NCBI GenBank assembly: GCA_004431415.1
Contig: QPMI01000437.1
Span: forward strand, 346,245 to 410,244
Direction: 5' to 3'
Length of the DNA stretch: 64,000 nt
Source of the DNA: Cyanophora paradoxa CCMP329
Lineage: Eukaryota > Plantae > Glaucophyta
Made by a program: the position numbers and the translations under genes. Shown here in pieces: positions 31,661-43,155 of this stretch. Under the pieces are notes generated by a model that saw only the letters and a list, made by a program, of their open reading frames with translations, had not been told where the DNA came from and made no database searches. The first letter of the stretch is position 1, and every line of letters starts with the position of its first letter.

Positions 31661-32483
31661 CTTTCTTTTGTTTTAATTGTTTTAATTGTTTTAATTCGGA
31701 GGGTCAAGTTCCTAAGAAAACTTTGCGGACGCCGTGACGTGACGCTGTGACGTGGCGAGAAAACGGCGAGATACGTGTCACACAAAAGATCACAAGTTTC
31801 AAGTTTAAACTTAACGCTGGCCGGTTGGACGGTTGACCGGTTGGATGCAGTCGCCTAGTCGGTTCGGAGCTAGAGCGCTCCGGCTAGGACCGCTAGACCC
31901 AGAGCTATGACTTTATCAGCCGAGTGAGCTCTGACTCTCTGAAAATTGATGAAAAGCACAATTAGTTGCGAAATTAACAGGACCGGGTTTGTGGACAAGC
32001 TCACGTCCAAACGATGCTTTCATCACATCGATGCGCCCTGCGCTTACGGACGGACCGGGAAAGCGATTCGTACATCATCAGCTAGCTATAACCGCTGCAA
32101 GCTAGCGAGGCTGCGCGGTGAGAGCCTGGAGGTGCACGACCGGGGTTGTGGACAAGCTTGAACTCTGAAAAAGCCTGCAATTGTTGAACTTTGGAAATAG
32201 AAAAGTCGCAAGCCCAATTTAATTATTTTGCAAGCTCAGCGGTCAGTCGACGAAACAGGTACCGGTTAGATCCGTCAGACTGCAGGCTCAGAAGTTTCTG
32301 CCTTTGGAGCTTTTCTTTTGTTTTAATTGTTTTAATTGTTTTAATTCGGAGGGTCAAGTTGGCGAGAAAACTTTGCGGACGCCGTGACGTGACGCTGTGA
32401 CGTGGCGAGATACGTGACACACAAAAGATTGGCGCTGATAGTGCGCTGATAGTGCGCTGATAGTGCGCTGATAGTGCGCTGAT
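31661..32483. repeat. Subterminal non-coding repeat region (duplicated ~120-bp block; 11-bp tandem)
   Basis: Block TTTCTTTTG(TTTTAATTG)2TTTTAATTCGGAGGGTCAAGTT..GCCGTGACGTGACGCTGTGACGTGGCGAGA..CACAAAAGAT at ~31661-31790 and ~32312-32429; GCGCTGATAGT about 4.7 times at 32432-32483. Confidence 0.85.
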
Positions 32484-32618
32484 TGCTAGCCGGAGACAGG
32501 TCTTGCAGTAAGTTGTATGACTTAAAGGTTTCTCGCATACATACTAGCAATCAGAGATTGTCTGCGATTAAATCCCAAAAAGTTTTCGGCCATCCAATAT
32601 TGTAGAGACCTATTCATA

Positions 32619-32831
32619 ATGGACAGGAACAATCTGAGAGCTGAAATTCGGAGTCTAGCGCAGGAGCTACACAATCTTAGGTACATTAACGGAACATATT
32701 TGAACACACTGATGCGACTAGCAGACCCACAGAGGGAACCCACACACAAAATCTTCGAGCTAATCTTTCAACATTGCTTAGACTTAGACAGACGAACCGG
32801 CCGCAGCGCCCTTTGTACCAGTCATGGATAA
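32619..32831 (+). CDS. Hypothetical ORF; possibly the true N-terminus of pPolB via frameshift
   Basis: ATG ORF overlapping the pPolB ORF, which itself starts at TTG. Confidence 0.4.
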   Translation: MDRNNLRAEIRSLAQELHNLRYINGTYLNTLMRLADPQREPTHKIFELIFQHCLDLDRRTGRSALCTSHG

Positions 32832-35800
32832 CAAGTCATTTTGAGAACGAACGCAATGCTCGAATTGAAGCCACGCGAGAGTTTGATGAAATTGTAGAGT
32901 ATGGGATCTCGAATTTATTTCGCGAGACAGGTCGAGGTGATACCGTGTTAAATTATACTCACTATGCATATCCGGGGTTGTTATTTACCAAGGATATTTT
33001 GGATATTGATCCGACTCCAATACCTGAGCGGGTTAAAGAGATCACGATTGAGTTTCTGAGAGAGCTGCGAATTCCAGAGAAAATAGGATCAAGCGTCCTA
33101 ATTCGGTTTCATTTCGATAACTTTCGCATGTATCGCACTCAACTAGCAACAATCGAAGAGGGCACAATGCAGTCGCTCTTGTCAAATCTGGCTGAAAAGA
33201 TGGAACAATGGATGCTAGCGCAGCAGCCATATGAAGACAACGACCTTTGGCCAGTAGTGAAAATAGAGGTGCTCATTGCAGAGAACGCTGCAGGCGCACT
33301 TGGAAACGTACCGAAACTCCCATTCAATGGCAAAGCCCTGACCATGAATAAGATCTACTGTCCGATTTCACCAGAAGACAACTGTGTGCTTGAGTGTTTT
33401 GAATATGTGAAGCTAAACCCTGGAAGAATAAGCCTTGATCGAATTTACAAGCAACTTCAGAGACTGGACTACGGAGGGATTAGAACACAGCTAGGACTGC
33501 GGCGAGGAATGATATCAGTTGATGTGCCAACGATTAATAAGCTGAGCGCTTTTTACAGAATAGACACCAGCGTTTTTGAGTTTTCGCAAGGAAAGTTTAA
33601 GCTGCTTTTTGCGACCGATCTAGGATTTGAAAAACGTGCTCACCTTTGTATAGTCGATGTGCACTGCTACCTGATTAAGGATAAAAGAACGACTGAGATG
33701 GAGAAGTGTAGTGCCTGCGGGAAAATGCAGTTCGAACTGGAAAGACACAAGCTAACCTGTCAGTTTTGTGCTAGATGTCGTTGCGCCTACAATCCAATTG
33801 AAGATCACACAAACAAATGCGTTGCCGCCATCAGAAACAAAGGTGTTATTGGAAGAAAGATTACTCCTTGCGAAAAGGAGAGTGAATTTACAGCGATGGA
33901 TAGCGTGATAGGGGCTGACTTTGAAACATTTCCTTGTGATGGCAAGACCCACGTTCCTTATGCTGTTGACACAGACATAATATGCAAGGGCGAAATTGTA
34001 GGAACCAAGATGTTTTACGGTCCTGAAACATTAAATCAATTCATGCAATGGCTGGATGCTTGGGCAGAGAAGACCACAGTAGTATTTTACAACGGTGCTG
34101 GTTTTGATCTGATATTCATATACCGATGGCTGATTGAGAATCGGCCAGAAAGCCAGGTGAACGTCATGCGCTCCTCGGGCAAGATTAAGAGTATGAAATG
34201 GAAGACGTCAGCAGGAGGAGAGTTGACGAGTTTTGACCCGTGCCTACATATTCAAGGTTCACTAAAACAGGCTGGAAAGGACTACGGCTGCACGACAATC
34301 AAAGGAGACTTTGACCATCGCAAGATCAAGACGTGGGCAGACGTTGAGACACACAAGGAGGAATGGGGAGAATATCTTAGAGCCGACGTGCGATCGATGA
34401 CGGAGCTATACATGAAATATTCGAGTACGAGCTTTGATCTATTTGGAATAAATGTGAATTCCAAACAAACACTTACAGCTTCATCAATGGCTTTTCAGAT
34501 TTACCGGCAGCTGTTGAAGACAGAGCTGCAACTTCCGAAGTATAGTGAAGATCAGGTGTTTCGCAGGGCGATTTACGGAGGTCGCTGTTTACCATTCAAA
34601 CGCAAGTTTGTCTCGAAGGGTCCAGATGATTACTTGGTAGATCTGGATGTGGTCTCTCTATATCCAACCGCTATGTACTTTAACCAGTTTCCTACAGGTA
34701 AATTTAAGCTAATCAATGAACCGGAGGCATTAGAACGTTTTAGAAAGTTCATGTTAAGTCGAAAAATGGAGCAACTGTTCATTGCGAGCATCAGTGCGAA
34801 AATTCCTCAGGACCTTGTGCTTTCTCCGCTACCTCGTCACGAGTCGAATTTGGGCTGGTCGAACCTGAAACCGATCGAGCGCGAGATGTATACATCGGTT
34901 GATATCTACAGGGCGATAGCGCTTGGGGTGGAAATAACAGAAGTTCACGAGGTGTATTTATTTGAAGGCAAGGAGAGAATGTTTAAAGATTACATCGAGA
35001 AGTTATACTGTATGAAAGCTCGTTCAAGGAAGGGCACAGCTCAGTACGCAACAGCAAAGATTCAATTAAATGGTCTTTACGGAAAATTTGCCCAGAGGCC
35101 TGTGATCGAAACAACAGAGCTAGTTTCTAATTACCGCCGATTTAAGGAGCTACAGCGGACGTCTACGATTACAGACATCGAAATTGAGAGTGAAACACGG
35201 ATGTATGTGACATATGAAGTACCTGAGAGCAAACGTGATGCTTGTGTGTCGAAGCCCTGTTTTATTGGAGCATTTATTCTGTCCTACAGTCGCGAGATAA
35301 TGGACAGGTTCCTAGTAAAGATGAACTCTTATAAAGACATCGAAGCCATGCCGTTTTACACGGACACGGACTCTCTTGTTGTGCACAGGAAATTTGCAGA
35401 GCTGGTGACTGATTGCATGAAGCGGCCCTACTCTGTGGAGGGAATGGGCGAAGAGGAGGCGAACAGGGTGATCTGCGAGAGCGAACTTGGAAAACTAGAT
35501 TACGATATCCAGGGACACATTGTGGAGGCGTATTTCGTTGGGCCCAAGGTGTACTGTTGTCGGTACGTGAAAGCGAACGGTGAATCGGACGTGCATGTGC
35601 GTGCCAAAGGAATACCAAAAAGCTGGATCGAAGAGAACTGGCTTTCGAATGATCCGGAGATGAGGAAGGGGCACCTCCATTCTCGGGTTGCTTTGGAAGC
35701 GTTCAAGCAGATGCTTGAGAGCCGGTATCAGCCGGAGTGCAAAATAGAGTCTAAACTATCTCGTGTCTTCAAACCGAATGGAAAGCAACGCGAGGAGGGG

Positions 35801-35944
35801 ATAGGTTTTAGTTCAATCATTCAGATTCCATTCAGCAGAGTATTAAATAAGACGGAATACACAAAGCGAAAGATAATTTCGGATGACTATTACAGCACAG
35901 TTCCTCATGAGTACATCAGCCAAAATTCAGGAGGCATACTATGA
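32774..35944 (+). CDS. Protein-primed DNA polymerase B (with vOTU-like N-terminal domain)
   Basis: EDNCVLEC and DVHCYLI (vOTU-like); ExoI ADFETF, ExoII FYNGAGFD, ExoIII YLRADV; YGGRC, DVVSLYP, KIQLNGLYGKF, YTDTDS, PKVY, RAKGI. Confidence 0.95.
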   Translation: MLRLRQTNRPQRPLYQSWITSHFENERNARIEATREFDEIVEYGISNLFRETGRGDTVLNYTHYAYPGLLFTKDILDIDPTPIPERVKEITIEFLRELRIPEKIGSSVLIRFHFDNFRMYRTQLATIEEGTMQSLLSNLAEKMEQWMLAQQPYEDNDLWPVVKIEVLIAENAAGALGNVPKLPFNGKALTMNKIYCPISPEDNCVLECFEYVKLNPGRISLDRIYKQLQRLDYGGIRTQLGLRRGMISVDVPTINKLSAFYRIDTSVFEFSQGKFKLLFATDLGFEKRAHLCIVDVHCYLIKDKRTTEMEKCSACGKMQFELERHKLTCQFCARCRCAYNPIEDHTNKCVAAIRNKGVIGRKITPCEKESEFTAMDSVIGADFETFPCDGKTHVPYAVDTDIICKGEIVGTKMFYGPETLNQFMQWLDAWAEKTTVVFYNGAGFDLIFIYRWLIENRPESQVNVMRSSGKIKSMKWKTSAGGELTSFDPCLHIQGSLKQAGKDYGCTTIKGDFDHRKIKTWADVETHKEEWGEYLRADVRSMTELYMKYSSTSFDLFGINVNSKQTLTASSMAFQIYRQLLKTELQLPKYSEDQVFRRAIYGGRCLPFKRKFVSKGPDDYLVDLDVVSLYPTAMYFNQFPTGKFKLINEPEALERFRKFMLSRKMEQLFIASISAKIPQDLVLSPLPRHESNLGWSNLKPIEREMYTSVDIYRAIALGVEITEVHEVYLFEGKERMFKDYIEKLYCMKARSRKGTAQYATAKIQLNGLYGKFAQRPVIETTELVSNYRRFKELQRTSTITDIEIESETRMYVTYEVPESKRDACVSKPCFIGAFILSYSREIMDRFLVKMNSYKDIEAMPFYTDTDSLVVHRKFAELVTDCMKRPYSVEGMGEEEANRVICESELGKLDYDIQGHIVEAYFVGPKVYCCRYVKANGESDVHVRAKGIPKSWIEENWLSNDPEMRKGHLHSRVALEAFKQMLESRYQPECKIESKLSRVFKPNGKQREEGIGFSSIIQIPFSRVLNKTEYTKRKIISDDYYSTVPHEYISQNSGGIL

Positions 35945-37042
35945 TCCAGAAATAGGGCTTCAGTCTGCCACACGTATTGCCAAGAAGTTGAAAATACCAG
36001 TTTCCAGGGTTAGAGAAGTGCTGGAGAAATTATCGACAGCGCAAAGATTTGCGAGGCCGCAAAAAGAGAAACCATTCACAAGTATAACATACGACAAAGC
36101 AGAGAAATACTACGAGGTGGACCTAATCGACGTGACTCCGTACGCTAGAACAAACCGCGGTATTCACTTTATAATGAACGCAGTGGACGTAGTGACTCGG
36201 AAAGCCTACAGCATTCCAATGAAGAACAAGAGCGAAAGTACACTCCTTTCAACACTACGGAAACTCATAGATAGTTTTCCAGCCAAGCCGGATATTATTC
36301 AGACAGATCAGGAGTTTAAAGCTTCAGCTGGTAGTTTGTTAGAAGCTGAGGGAATTAAGCACAATGCTGTGGAAGCGCATCGACCACAAGCAAACGGCAA
36401 AATAGAAAGATTTAATGGAACTTTGAAGCGAGTTATTGCACGGTATATGGAGGCATATGACACGGATAGGTACATCGACAAGCTGCCCGCTTTCTTGCGC
36501 AATTATAATTCGTCAGAGCATAGGTCGATTGGTACATCGCCAAACGCTGCAGCAGAGAATCCGAAGGAGACAATCGCGCGCAACGATTATCAGCGAGAGA
36601 TCTACGAGCAGCAACACTACCTGAAGGAGGTCGAATTTAAAGTAGGAGACCTAGTTCGAGTTAAGCTAACCAGGAGAACCTTCGATAAATCGACAAAGCC
36701 AACCTTCTCGAAAGAAGTATTTCGAATTGAGTCGATTGGGGTTTTGGACCCCTTCTAAGATTTAAACTCGCTGGATCGGATACACCAGTGACCTACCAGC
36801 AACTTTTAAAGGTCCCAGTAGATTCAGAGGAACGTCGTGCGGGAAATGCAGCACAGCGGTCACAGCAGCGCAGAAAGAAGGAGCTAAATCTGATGCGAGA
36901 GAATTTAGATCGAGTGGACATAGAAAAAAATAAGAAGCTGCTTCGCCTTCAAAAGCAACTTGCGACAGCTGGAACTGTCAAGTTAAACCCTGGTGGAATA
37001 TTAGAGAGAACAAAGACCAGAAGGCTAGTCAAAGAGCTATAA
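35883..37042 (+). CDS. Retroviral-like (rve, DDE) integrase; frameshift in CCCC near 36750
   Basis: YYDP..G, YEVDLID, AVDVVTRKAY, IQTDQEF, NGKIERFNGTLK, YNSSEHRSIGTSP, FKVGDLVRV; continues RFKL..TYQQLLKV in the shifted frame. Confidence 0.93.
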
Positions 37043-37304
37043 CAACACATTGTTGGAGGGACTCTAGCAGTGCTAACTTTTCGTAGATTCGATTGCGATA
37101 GCGGCGATTGGCCTCTAAATGATTCTCGCTGTTGTTCTGCTGGTATCTTGAGCTGGCTTCTATGTGTCGTCGGCGAAATTCCGGATCTTCATTGTAACGA
37201 CGGCGATGGCTCTCTGCACGCTTTGCCTTTCGTGCAGCAGCGATTTCAGGGGTAACAACAATTGGTTTGCGACCACGCTGTTTAGTTGATGATTCAACAT
37301 CCAT
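37029..37304 (-). CDS. Small basic protein (RGRKP; RRRYNEDPEFR)
   Basis: Same RYxEDxxY/FR core as 5421-5651 and 6416-6661. Confidence 0.7.
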   Translation of the reverse strand: MDVESSTKQRGRKPIVVTPEIAAARKAKRAESHRRRYNEDPEFRRRHIEASSRYQQNNSENHLEANRRYRNRIYEKLALLESLQQCVVIAL

Positions 37305-37413
37305 TTCTTTGGTTTTCTCGTCACAAACAATGTGCGAAATCTTTTTATGGCATAAATCGCAGGTTTGTGTTGCGTTAAATTCCGAACATAAAATCCGAGA
37401 TATAATTCAAAGA

Positions 37414-37698
37414 ATGGAAGCAGACAAGCAGCGTTGCTGCGCCGCAGGAACAATTCGATTTGGGAAGTACCGCGGTGAAACTCATCTTAAAGTAGTGTTT
37501 AGCGACCCAAAATATGCGGAATGGTTGTTATCTTGGCCGCATCTTCGTGAGTACGACAAACGTGAATTGCAGCGTGCTTTTGAAATTTGTCAATCAAATG
37601 ATCTGGCAACAGTAAACGGTATGCTTGACTTTGCAGAGCGAGAGAGGAAACCAACTGTAGAGGATCTTCCGGATTTGCCCGATTTTGATTTGCCTTAA
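37414..37698 (+). CDS. Small FGKY-motif protein (DUF3820/ExoX C-terminal-like)
   Basis: IRFGKYRGET....DPKYAEWLL. Confidence 0.65.
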   Translation: MEADKQRCCAAGTIRFGKYRGETHLKVVFSDPKYAEWLLSWPHLREYDKRELQRAFEICQSNDLATVNGMLDFAERERKPTVEDLPDLPDFDLP

Positions 37699-37727
37699 AG
37701 AGATCTCAATCTCAGATTGTAAAGAAG

Positions 37728-38303
37728 ATGGAGGTCACAATTCCAGAGGTTCCTGAAGATGTGGCTTTGATACCAATTACTGGACGTAGGAATGGCAGAA
37801 ACGGAATTGTTGTCGCTTATGCACTAGTTAGTCAGGATGATGCTCAACGTGTTCTTGGATTCCGCTGGAGTTTACATAATTCTGGATATGCTCGAACCAT
37901 TATCAATCATAAGTGTGTGTTCTTGCATAACTTCATCAGCGGTGAGTTAGAGAACGGATTGACTGTCGATCATATAAATCTGAACAAGCTTGATAACCGC
38001 CGCGAGAATCTGCGTTTAGCAACACAGCGGCAGCAGAATTTGAATCGTGGCCAGCAGCGCAATAACACATCAGGATTCATAGGTGTTACTTTCCATCAGC
38101 GAGATGGTAAATGGCAGGCGGAATATCGGATAAATGGTCGCAAAAAGCACATCGGATACTTTTCCACTGCTGAAGCTGCAGCAAGAGCCCGTGATGCTTA
38201 CGTTCTAGAACATACTTCAGATGCAGATAAGCCGTTCTTGCGTCTGAATTTCACAGACGAATCCTTCTCCCACCCATCGCATTCTTCATCTGTGAGCTCG
38301 TAG
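37728..38303 (+). CDS. HNH endonuclease with AP2 DNA-binding domain
   Basis: VDHINLNKLDNRRENLR; SGFIGV..KWQAE..KHIGYFSTAEAAARARD. Confidence 0.92.
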   Translation: MEVTIPEVPEDVALIPITGRRNGRNGIVVAYALVSQDDAQRVLGFRWSLHNSGYARTIINHKCVFLHNFISGELENGLTVDHINLNKLDNRRENLRLATQRQQNLNRGQQRNNTSGFIGVTFHQRDGKWQAEYRINGRKKHIGYFSTAEAAARARDAYVLEHTSDADKPFLRLNFTDESFSHPSHSSSVSS

Positions 38304-38889
38304 AATTTGGCTCTGAGACGTAAGGAGATGCAGTTTTAACCTCGGCAGAGTCAAGCGATTGCTCGGCTTTAGCTTTTTCGTTTTTCAGATAGCGTAAATC
38401 TGGTACATCCATAGGTCTGTGCTTAAACATTTCGCTTCGCAACATCTCGCGGATCTTAGCTCTTTCTTGCTTGTCTTTTACATACGATTCGATATTAGCC
38501 GACCTCGCTTCTAAATCTCGCAATTTAGCCGCTAACTCGTCAAATTGTGACTTTGACACCGTTGCTGTCTTGATTTTAGGCCCTGAATACCGCGCTTCAG
38601 ACGCCATCGCTTGTAAAATTCTAGCAGCATCATCATCGATATCAGACTGCATTTCGTTTACAATTTTGACCTGGCTCTGTCGGTCGTCAATCGCACTGGC
38701 ATTAGCAGCAGCAGAGGCGATCGTTTTAGCAACGGGTGCATTAAGGCGGGGGTCACTAGCTAATTCACCGCTAGGTTCAGCAACAGCTGCGCCCTCAGTT
38801 GAGCCGCTTTCAATCAGTGGAGTGTTCGGCTCAGATATATTAACCTTGCGACGTTCCCGATAGCCCTTCTTAGGAATCCCGCGACTCAT
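38251..38889 (-). CDS. Conserved hypothetical protein (orthologue of 6940-7674)
   Basis: KLRDLEARSANIESYVKDKQERAKIREMLRSE. Confidence 0.8.
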   Translation of the reverse strand: MSRGIPKKGYRERRKVNISEPNTPLIESGSTEGAAVAEPSGELASDPRLNAPVAKTIASAAANASAIDDRQSQVKIVNEMQSDIDDDAARILQAMASEARYSGPKIKTATVSKSQFDELAAKLRDLEARSANIESYVKDKQERAKIREMLRSEMFKHRPMDVPDLRYLKNEKAKAEQSLDSAEVKTASPYVSEPNSTSSQMKNAMGGRRIRL

Positions 38890-38898
38890 CTTATTTTC

Positions 38899-39642
38899 TT
38901 AAGATAAGATTTTAAAACGCCTCTTTTTAGAAACAACAGGCGATTCTTTCTTAGGCTCTTCTTCATTCTTAAGCCATTTTGTAAAACGAAAACTCTTATC
39001 TTCAACAGCTTTATCAACGTACCAGGCCGTATCGTACTTGGTCCCATCAAGGACTAGGCACTGATAATCGTGCGCCCAGGTTTCAAATAAAGCTATAAAT
39101 TCTTCTTTTGGGAGATGGCTAAATTCTCTATAAATGGCCTCCAGCTCCGTGTGATTAGAGTAACTGAAGAAAAAACAATAGTCGGAGTTCGATCTTATAG
39201 ATTGACTCAAAGCTGTTAGTTTTTGCGTCATTAGAATTGTACTTATATTAAAATGGCGACCCTGCGTAAAAAGTCGATTAACGGTCTTGCTATTTCGCAG
39301 ATCAACAGTTTCAGAGGCAGCAACGAGATCATCCAATACAAGCAATATCTGCGGCGCTTTCTTTTTGTTTTCAATCAAATTTCGCTGTGAATCAATGATT
39401 TCTGCAACGATAGATGGCTGAAAATCGTCATAAAGCTCATTCGTTATTGCAGAATACTCGCCGTTGAATTTGGTGGCGGTAAACACAACGACTCGGTTGA
39501 TCTTTGGATACAGCAGTCGAAGCAGATGCTTTGTGCAATAGAAGGATTTGCCGCTATTAGACTTTGAAATAAACAGGGCTTTGAATGGGACCCTCATATC
39601 GCTAGGCTGGAACTTTGCGAGCTCTTGAGACTCATCCATCAA
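38899..39642 (-). CDS. A32-like packaging ATPase
   Basis: ISKSNSGKS, LLVLDDL, TQGRHFNISTILMTQ, IRSNSDY. Confidence 0.92.
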   Translation of the reverse strand: MMDESQELAKFQPSDMRVPFKALFISKSNSGKSFYCTKHLLRLLYPKINRVVVFTATKFNGEYSAITNELYDDFQPSIVAEIIDSQRNLIENKKKAPQILLVLDDLVAASETVDLRNSKTVNRLFTQGRHFNISTILMTQKLTALSQSIRSNSDYCFFFSYSNHTELEAIYREFSHLPKEEFIALFETWAHDYQCLVLDGTKYDTAWYVDKAVEDKSFRFTKWLKNEEEPKKESPVVSKKRRFKILS

Positions 39643-39717
39643 AAAATTAACTATTGATATTCGCAGGCAAACACAACCGCGACCGCAGGCGAGTCAGCTT
39701 GTCTGGCGACACTGTGA

Positions 39718-41105
39718 CTAGAGATTAACTTTCCGCAGTCCCGCAGCATCAACAATTAGGACAGTGTGAAGGAGAGCGCGAATTTGGACGTAAATCTTGT
39801 TGTTAGCATCATACGCAGCAGGGTTCATGATATTCAGGAAGCAGCTGCTGGAGTTCGTCAGATCTACGAAACCAGTTTGAGCAGCATTTCGAATCGATTT
39901 ATCCCCACTAATGCAAAATGGCAATCCAGTCAGAACATACCGATTAAGGGGTGCGTCGAGATTGGAGCACTTGAAGACATCAGCGATGAGTTCAGCACCT
40001 TGCAATAGAGGAACAGGCTCATTTGAATAAAGCCGCTGTCCATTCAATTCGCAGGAAATAGTAATATCGCGAGCATTAGCCTCGGTTTTGAGGACACTGT
40101 GTTTTCCATCAGTTTGGTTCATGTTTGGCTGCTTGCGAATGCTAACGAATAGGCCGTAACAAAGTCCACTGATTTGAGACAGATTAATTCGGGTGGGCGC
40201 ACCAGCACCAGCATAAGTAATTGAATCAGCATCAACCCAGCCGACATCGGTAGCGGGAATTGCGATTCCAGACGTTTTGACTTTCTCAATCACCTGGGCA
40301 AAAGTGGCCTCATCAACGTTGATGCAATGAGCAATAATCTTTGGATTCGAAAGCTCCGGATTGGCAGGGGTGACACTGAGAACATTGGGAGTTATATTCT
40401 GGCCGATGTTTGCAGGGGATGCAGCAGCAGCTCCCACGCTCCCAAGTCCATCTTCTTTAGAAGCATCACCGCCTATGGCATATTCTGTTACAAACCTACC
40501 ACCATAGCTGGTTTCGACGAAGCCCTGGGCACGATCACGGAACCAAACCTCGACGGAAACCTCGCCAGATAGAGCACCAATCGGAAGCACAGAACCCTCC
40601 CAGGGACAGGGGATTTTTACACTGAAAATACCTCCAGTGCGATTGCTCCCCTGAGGTGGTGTTCCATGGAGCCAGCCACCGGATCGGTACTTCTTTTTAA
40701 GCTGAGCATCATCATTGTAAATCAGTGCGCTGTGAACAAGCCAGTCCTCGGGACAATGTAGCTGTAGGAAGCATATTTGATTTCGATTCGCTTTACGAGA
40801 GCACCAACCGATCGCAAATAACCAGTGCGAACCAGGTCAGTGTCACCAGTAAATGCTGTCAGCTCGGGAAGGGTAAACTGGAGTTCGAGTCCCTGAAGGA
40901 AATTGTATCGGGGCAGGAAATAAGTAACCCTCTTTCCGAAGCAGTCTCCATAGTCATTGCTTGGGTTGACAACAACACGAACAGGCTTGGTTTGGCTCGT
41001 TAGACCTAACATAAGCTCGTTGTTCATGAAGAAGTCCTTCGCTTCCTGAGGTGTGGTGAGGAGCTCTTTGAGGCCGAGCCGCTGCAAATTCTGAGTAACA
41101 TCCAT
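39718..41105 (-). CDS. Major capsid protein; frameshift(s) near 40720-40750
   Basis: MDVTQNLQRLGLKELLTTPQEAKDFF and LPIGALSGE..INLSQISGL..SVLKT..VDLTNSSS closely match 9549-10916. Confidence 0.85.
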
Positions 41106-41156
41106 CGAAGTATATAATTGCAGTGAAAGAAAATAATTCTGCCGCTTCACCAAGAC

Positions 41157-42113
41157 TCAGTTTGACGAATTGATCCAAGGATATGTCTTTGACCTTTTCT
41201 GGAGCTGAAGTTTTGCAAGTTCGTAGACAACATCACCATTGGGTTCGTCAGGACCATAACGAATTTCGAGAATAAATGACACAGGAGCTCCATTTAAATC
41301 AGCGATTCGCTGCATAAAATCGTATATCTCAATAGTCACAGAGTAGAGGTCCAGCTTTGAATAAACATACTTATACAAAGGAGTTGCTTCAGTTGAATCG
41401 TAGTAGGCTGTCTCACCAGGACGGAGGGCGCTTGGAATGCTGAGCTTTGAGAAGAAGCCAGGAATTGAAGTATTTGGCATACTGACAAGGTCACCAATTT
41501 CAGGAATGCGAAGTAGCACATGATCATCGGGAGTGACATCGGGTTCATAAGCGCCCTCTATATATTGAATATCGACAGTTAAATCCTTAGACCGAATCGG
41601 TAGAATTGATCGCAAGCCTAGCAGCTTTGCAGTTCGCTGAGCCCTTGCAACGGCCTGGTAGTTTCTGACTTCCCGCCCACCCTGGTTCGTTGGCAACATC
41701 AGAGCAATAAAGAACTCGAAGTTAGCTGTGAACCCTATTAATTTAACCGCTGAATTATACGTGCACGTGAGACCAGTCCCCGTCAACCTTTGGTTTATAT
41801 TTGTCACAAGCGAGGTGACGTCGTAATTTCCAGGTGGAATTGCAATGTTATTCCACGCTCCAAAACCTGGCTGAGGTGGGTCGGGTCCCTCATTTGCAGG
41901 ATCATATTTGCACCAATATATATAGGTGTCAAACACTAAATCCTCTGCTGGATCGAGTGCATCAACTGTGCTCATTGTGTTGGGGATCTCAGCAGATACC
42001 AGGCGCACGGCTTTTACATCCTGATAAACTTTAGGCAGTCTTACTTTAAATTTTGAGGTGGATGTCAGCTCATCCGCTTGGTGGCTTGCAATGCAGACGT
42101 AGTCCGTCGGCAT
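41157..42113 (-). CDS. Minor capsid (penton-like) protein 1
   Basis: MPTDY..FKVRLPKVYQDVKAVRLVSAEIPN; STEATPLYKY; EIRYG; orthologue of 10970-11980. Confidence 0.72.
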   Translation of the reverse strand: MPTDYVCIASHQADELTSTSKFKVRLPKVYQDVKAVRLVSAEIPNTMSTVDALDPAEDLVFDTYIYWCKYDPANEGPDPPQPGFGAWNNIAIPPGNYDVTSLVTNINQRLTGTGLTCTYNSAVKLIGFTANFEFFIALMLPTNQGGREVRNYQAVARAQRTAKLLGLRSILPIRSKDLTVDIQYIEGAYEPDVTPDDHVLLRIPEIGDLVSMPNTSIPGFFSKLSIPSALRPGETAYYDSTEATPLYKYVYSKLDLYSVTIEIYDFMQRIADLNGAPVSFILEIRYGPDEPNGDVVYELAKLQLQKRSKTYPWINSSN

Positions 42114-42140
42114 CTTTTTTATATCAGTTAGAGAATAAAA

Positions 42141-43095
42141 ATGGTCGAAGACAAGCATCGACGCTGCGCCAGGCTCAGCTTTGACAGTAGAGACAGAAGG
42201 CCAATCGATTCAGAGGCAAACTTTGTGCTAGAAATAAATGAACCTATAATCAATCCAGTTGCTGTTCGACTTACCCAGTGTGAGTTCGCAAATAGCCTTT
42301 ACACGAGCATTAAAGATGAGTATCTTTCGATCACCTTCCCCAACATTTGGACGGAAAATCTGGCAGTTTTTGAGCCTGGTATAATTACTACTGCAAATAT
42401 GGGCGAAACAGATCTTTACAACTTTGGCCTATCGTTTAAGTTTGAACTGGGGGAATCGTAATAGCATATTTCAAATTGTTTCGGGACCCAGAGACACTGA
42501 AGATGTCTGCCTATTGCAACCGTTCCTGCACAGTGACCTGCCAGTTCAAAGCTCTATCGAATCTGCTAGGGCTGAACCGAAATGAGCCCTCCAGCTGTCT
42601 CCTATCGTGATTGAAGGAGGGCAAAGATCAGTAACTGCAGCTGAGCGATATCTCGAGGTTGCTGGCATTCCAGTAACACCTTCACACCCTGAATATGGCG
42701 TGGATTTCACCGAAAGAATGCGGAGTGAGCCACTTGGTTATGCTGTCGAATTTCCAAAGATAATTGACATGAACAGCGACCAGTATCTCTTCCTAGTCTG
42801 TGAAGAGCTTCGACCATTTGCTTCAAAGCTTCGCCGTGGGGCCAAAACAATGTGCAACTACGGGCTTGCTCGAATTCAAATGAGTCAGGACGTTGGCAAA
42901 TTCGTTTATATAAATCAGGATCATCAAGGCGAATGGATCCCCATCGAAGAGCGTCTTGTGCTGACTTCCTTGCGACTGCGCATTGTAGACAGAGATGGTG
43001 ATGATGTATTACTGAATGGATTGCCATGGTCTGGTGAACTGCAGTTCATTACTAGGGAAAGCCGAAGGCAAGAAGCCACTTGTGCTTCGCACTGA
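42141..43095 (+). CDS. Minor capsid (penton-like) protein 2, frameshifted in ~42450-42600
   Basis: FDSRDR..CEFANSLY; PVTPSHP, DMNSDQYL, QMSQDVG, VLLNG; orthologue of 12010-12942. Confidence 0.7.
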
Positions 43096-43155
43096 TTTGA
43101 AAAGTTGCAGACAAGCCTTCATCCCGTTTTATTTCTTGGCACAATATATAAAAAA

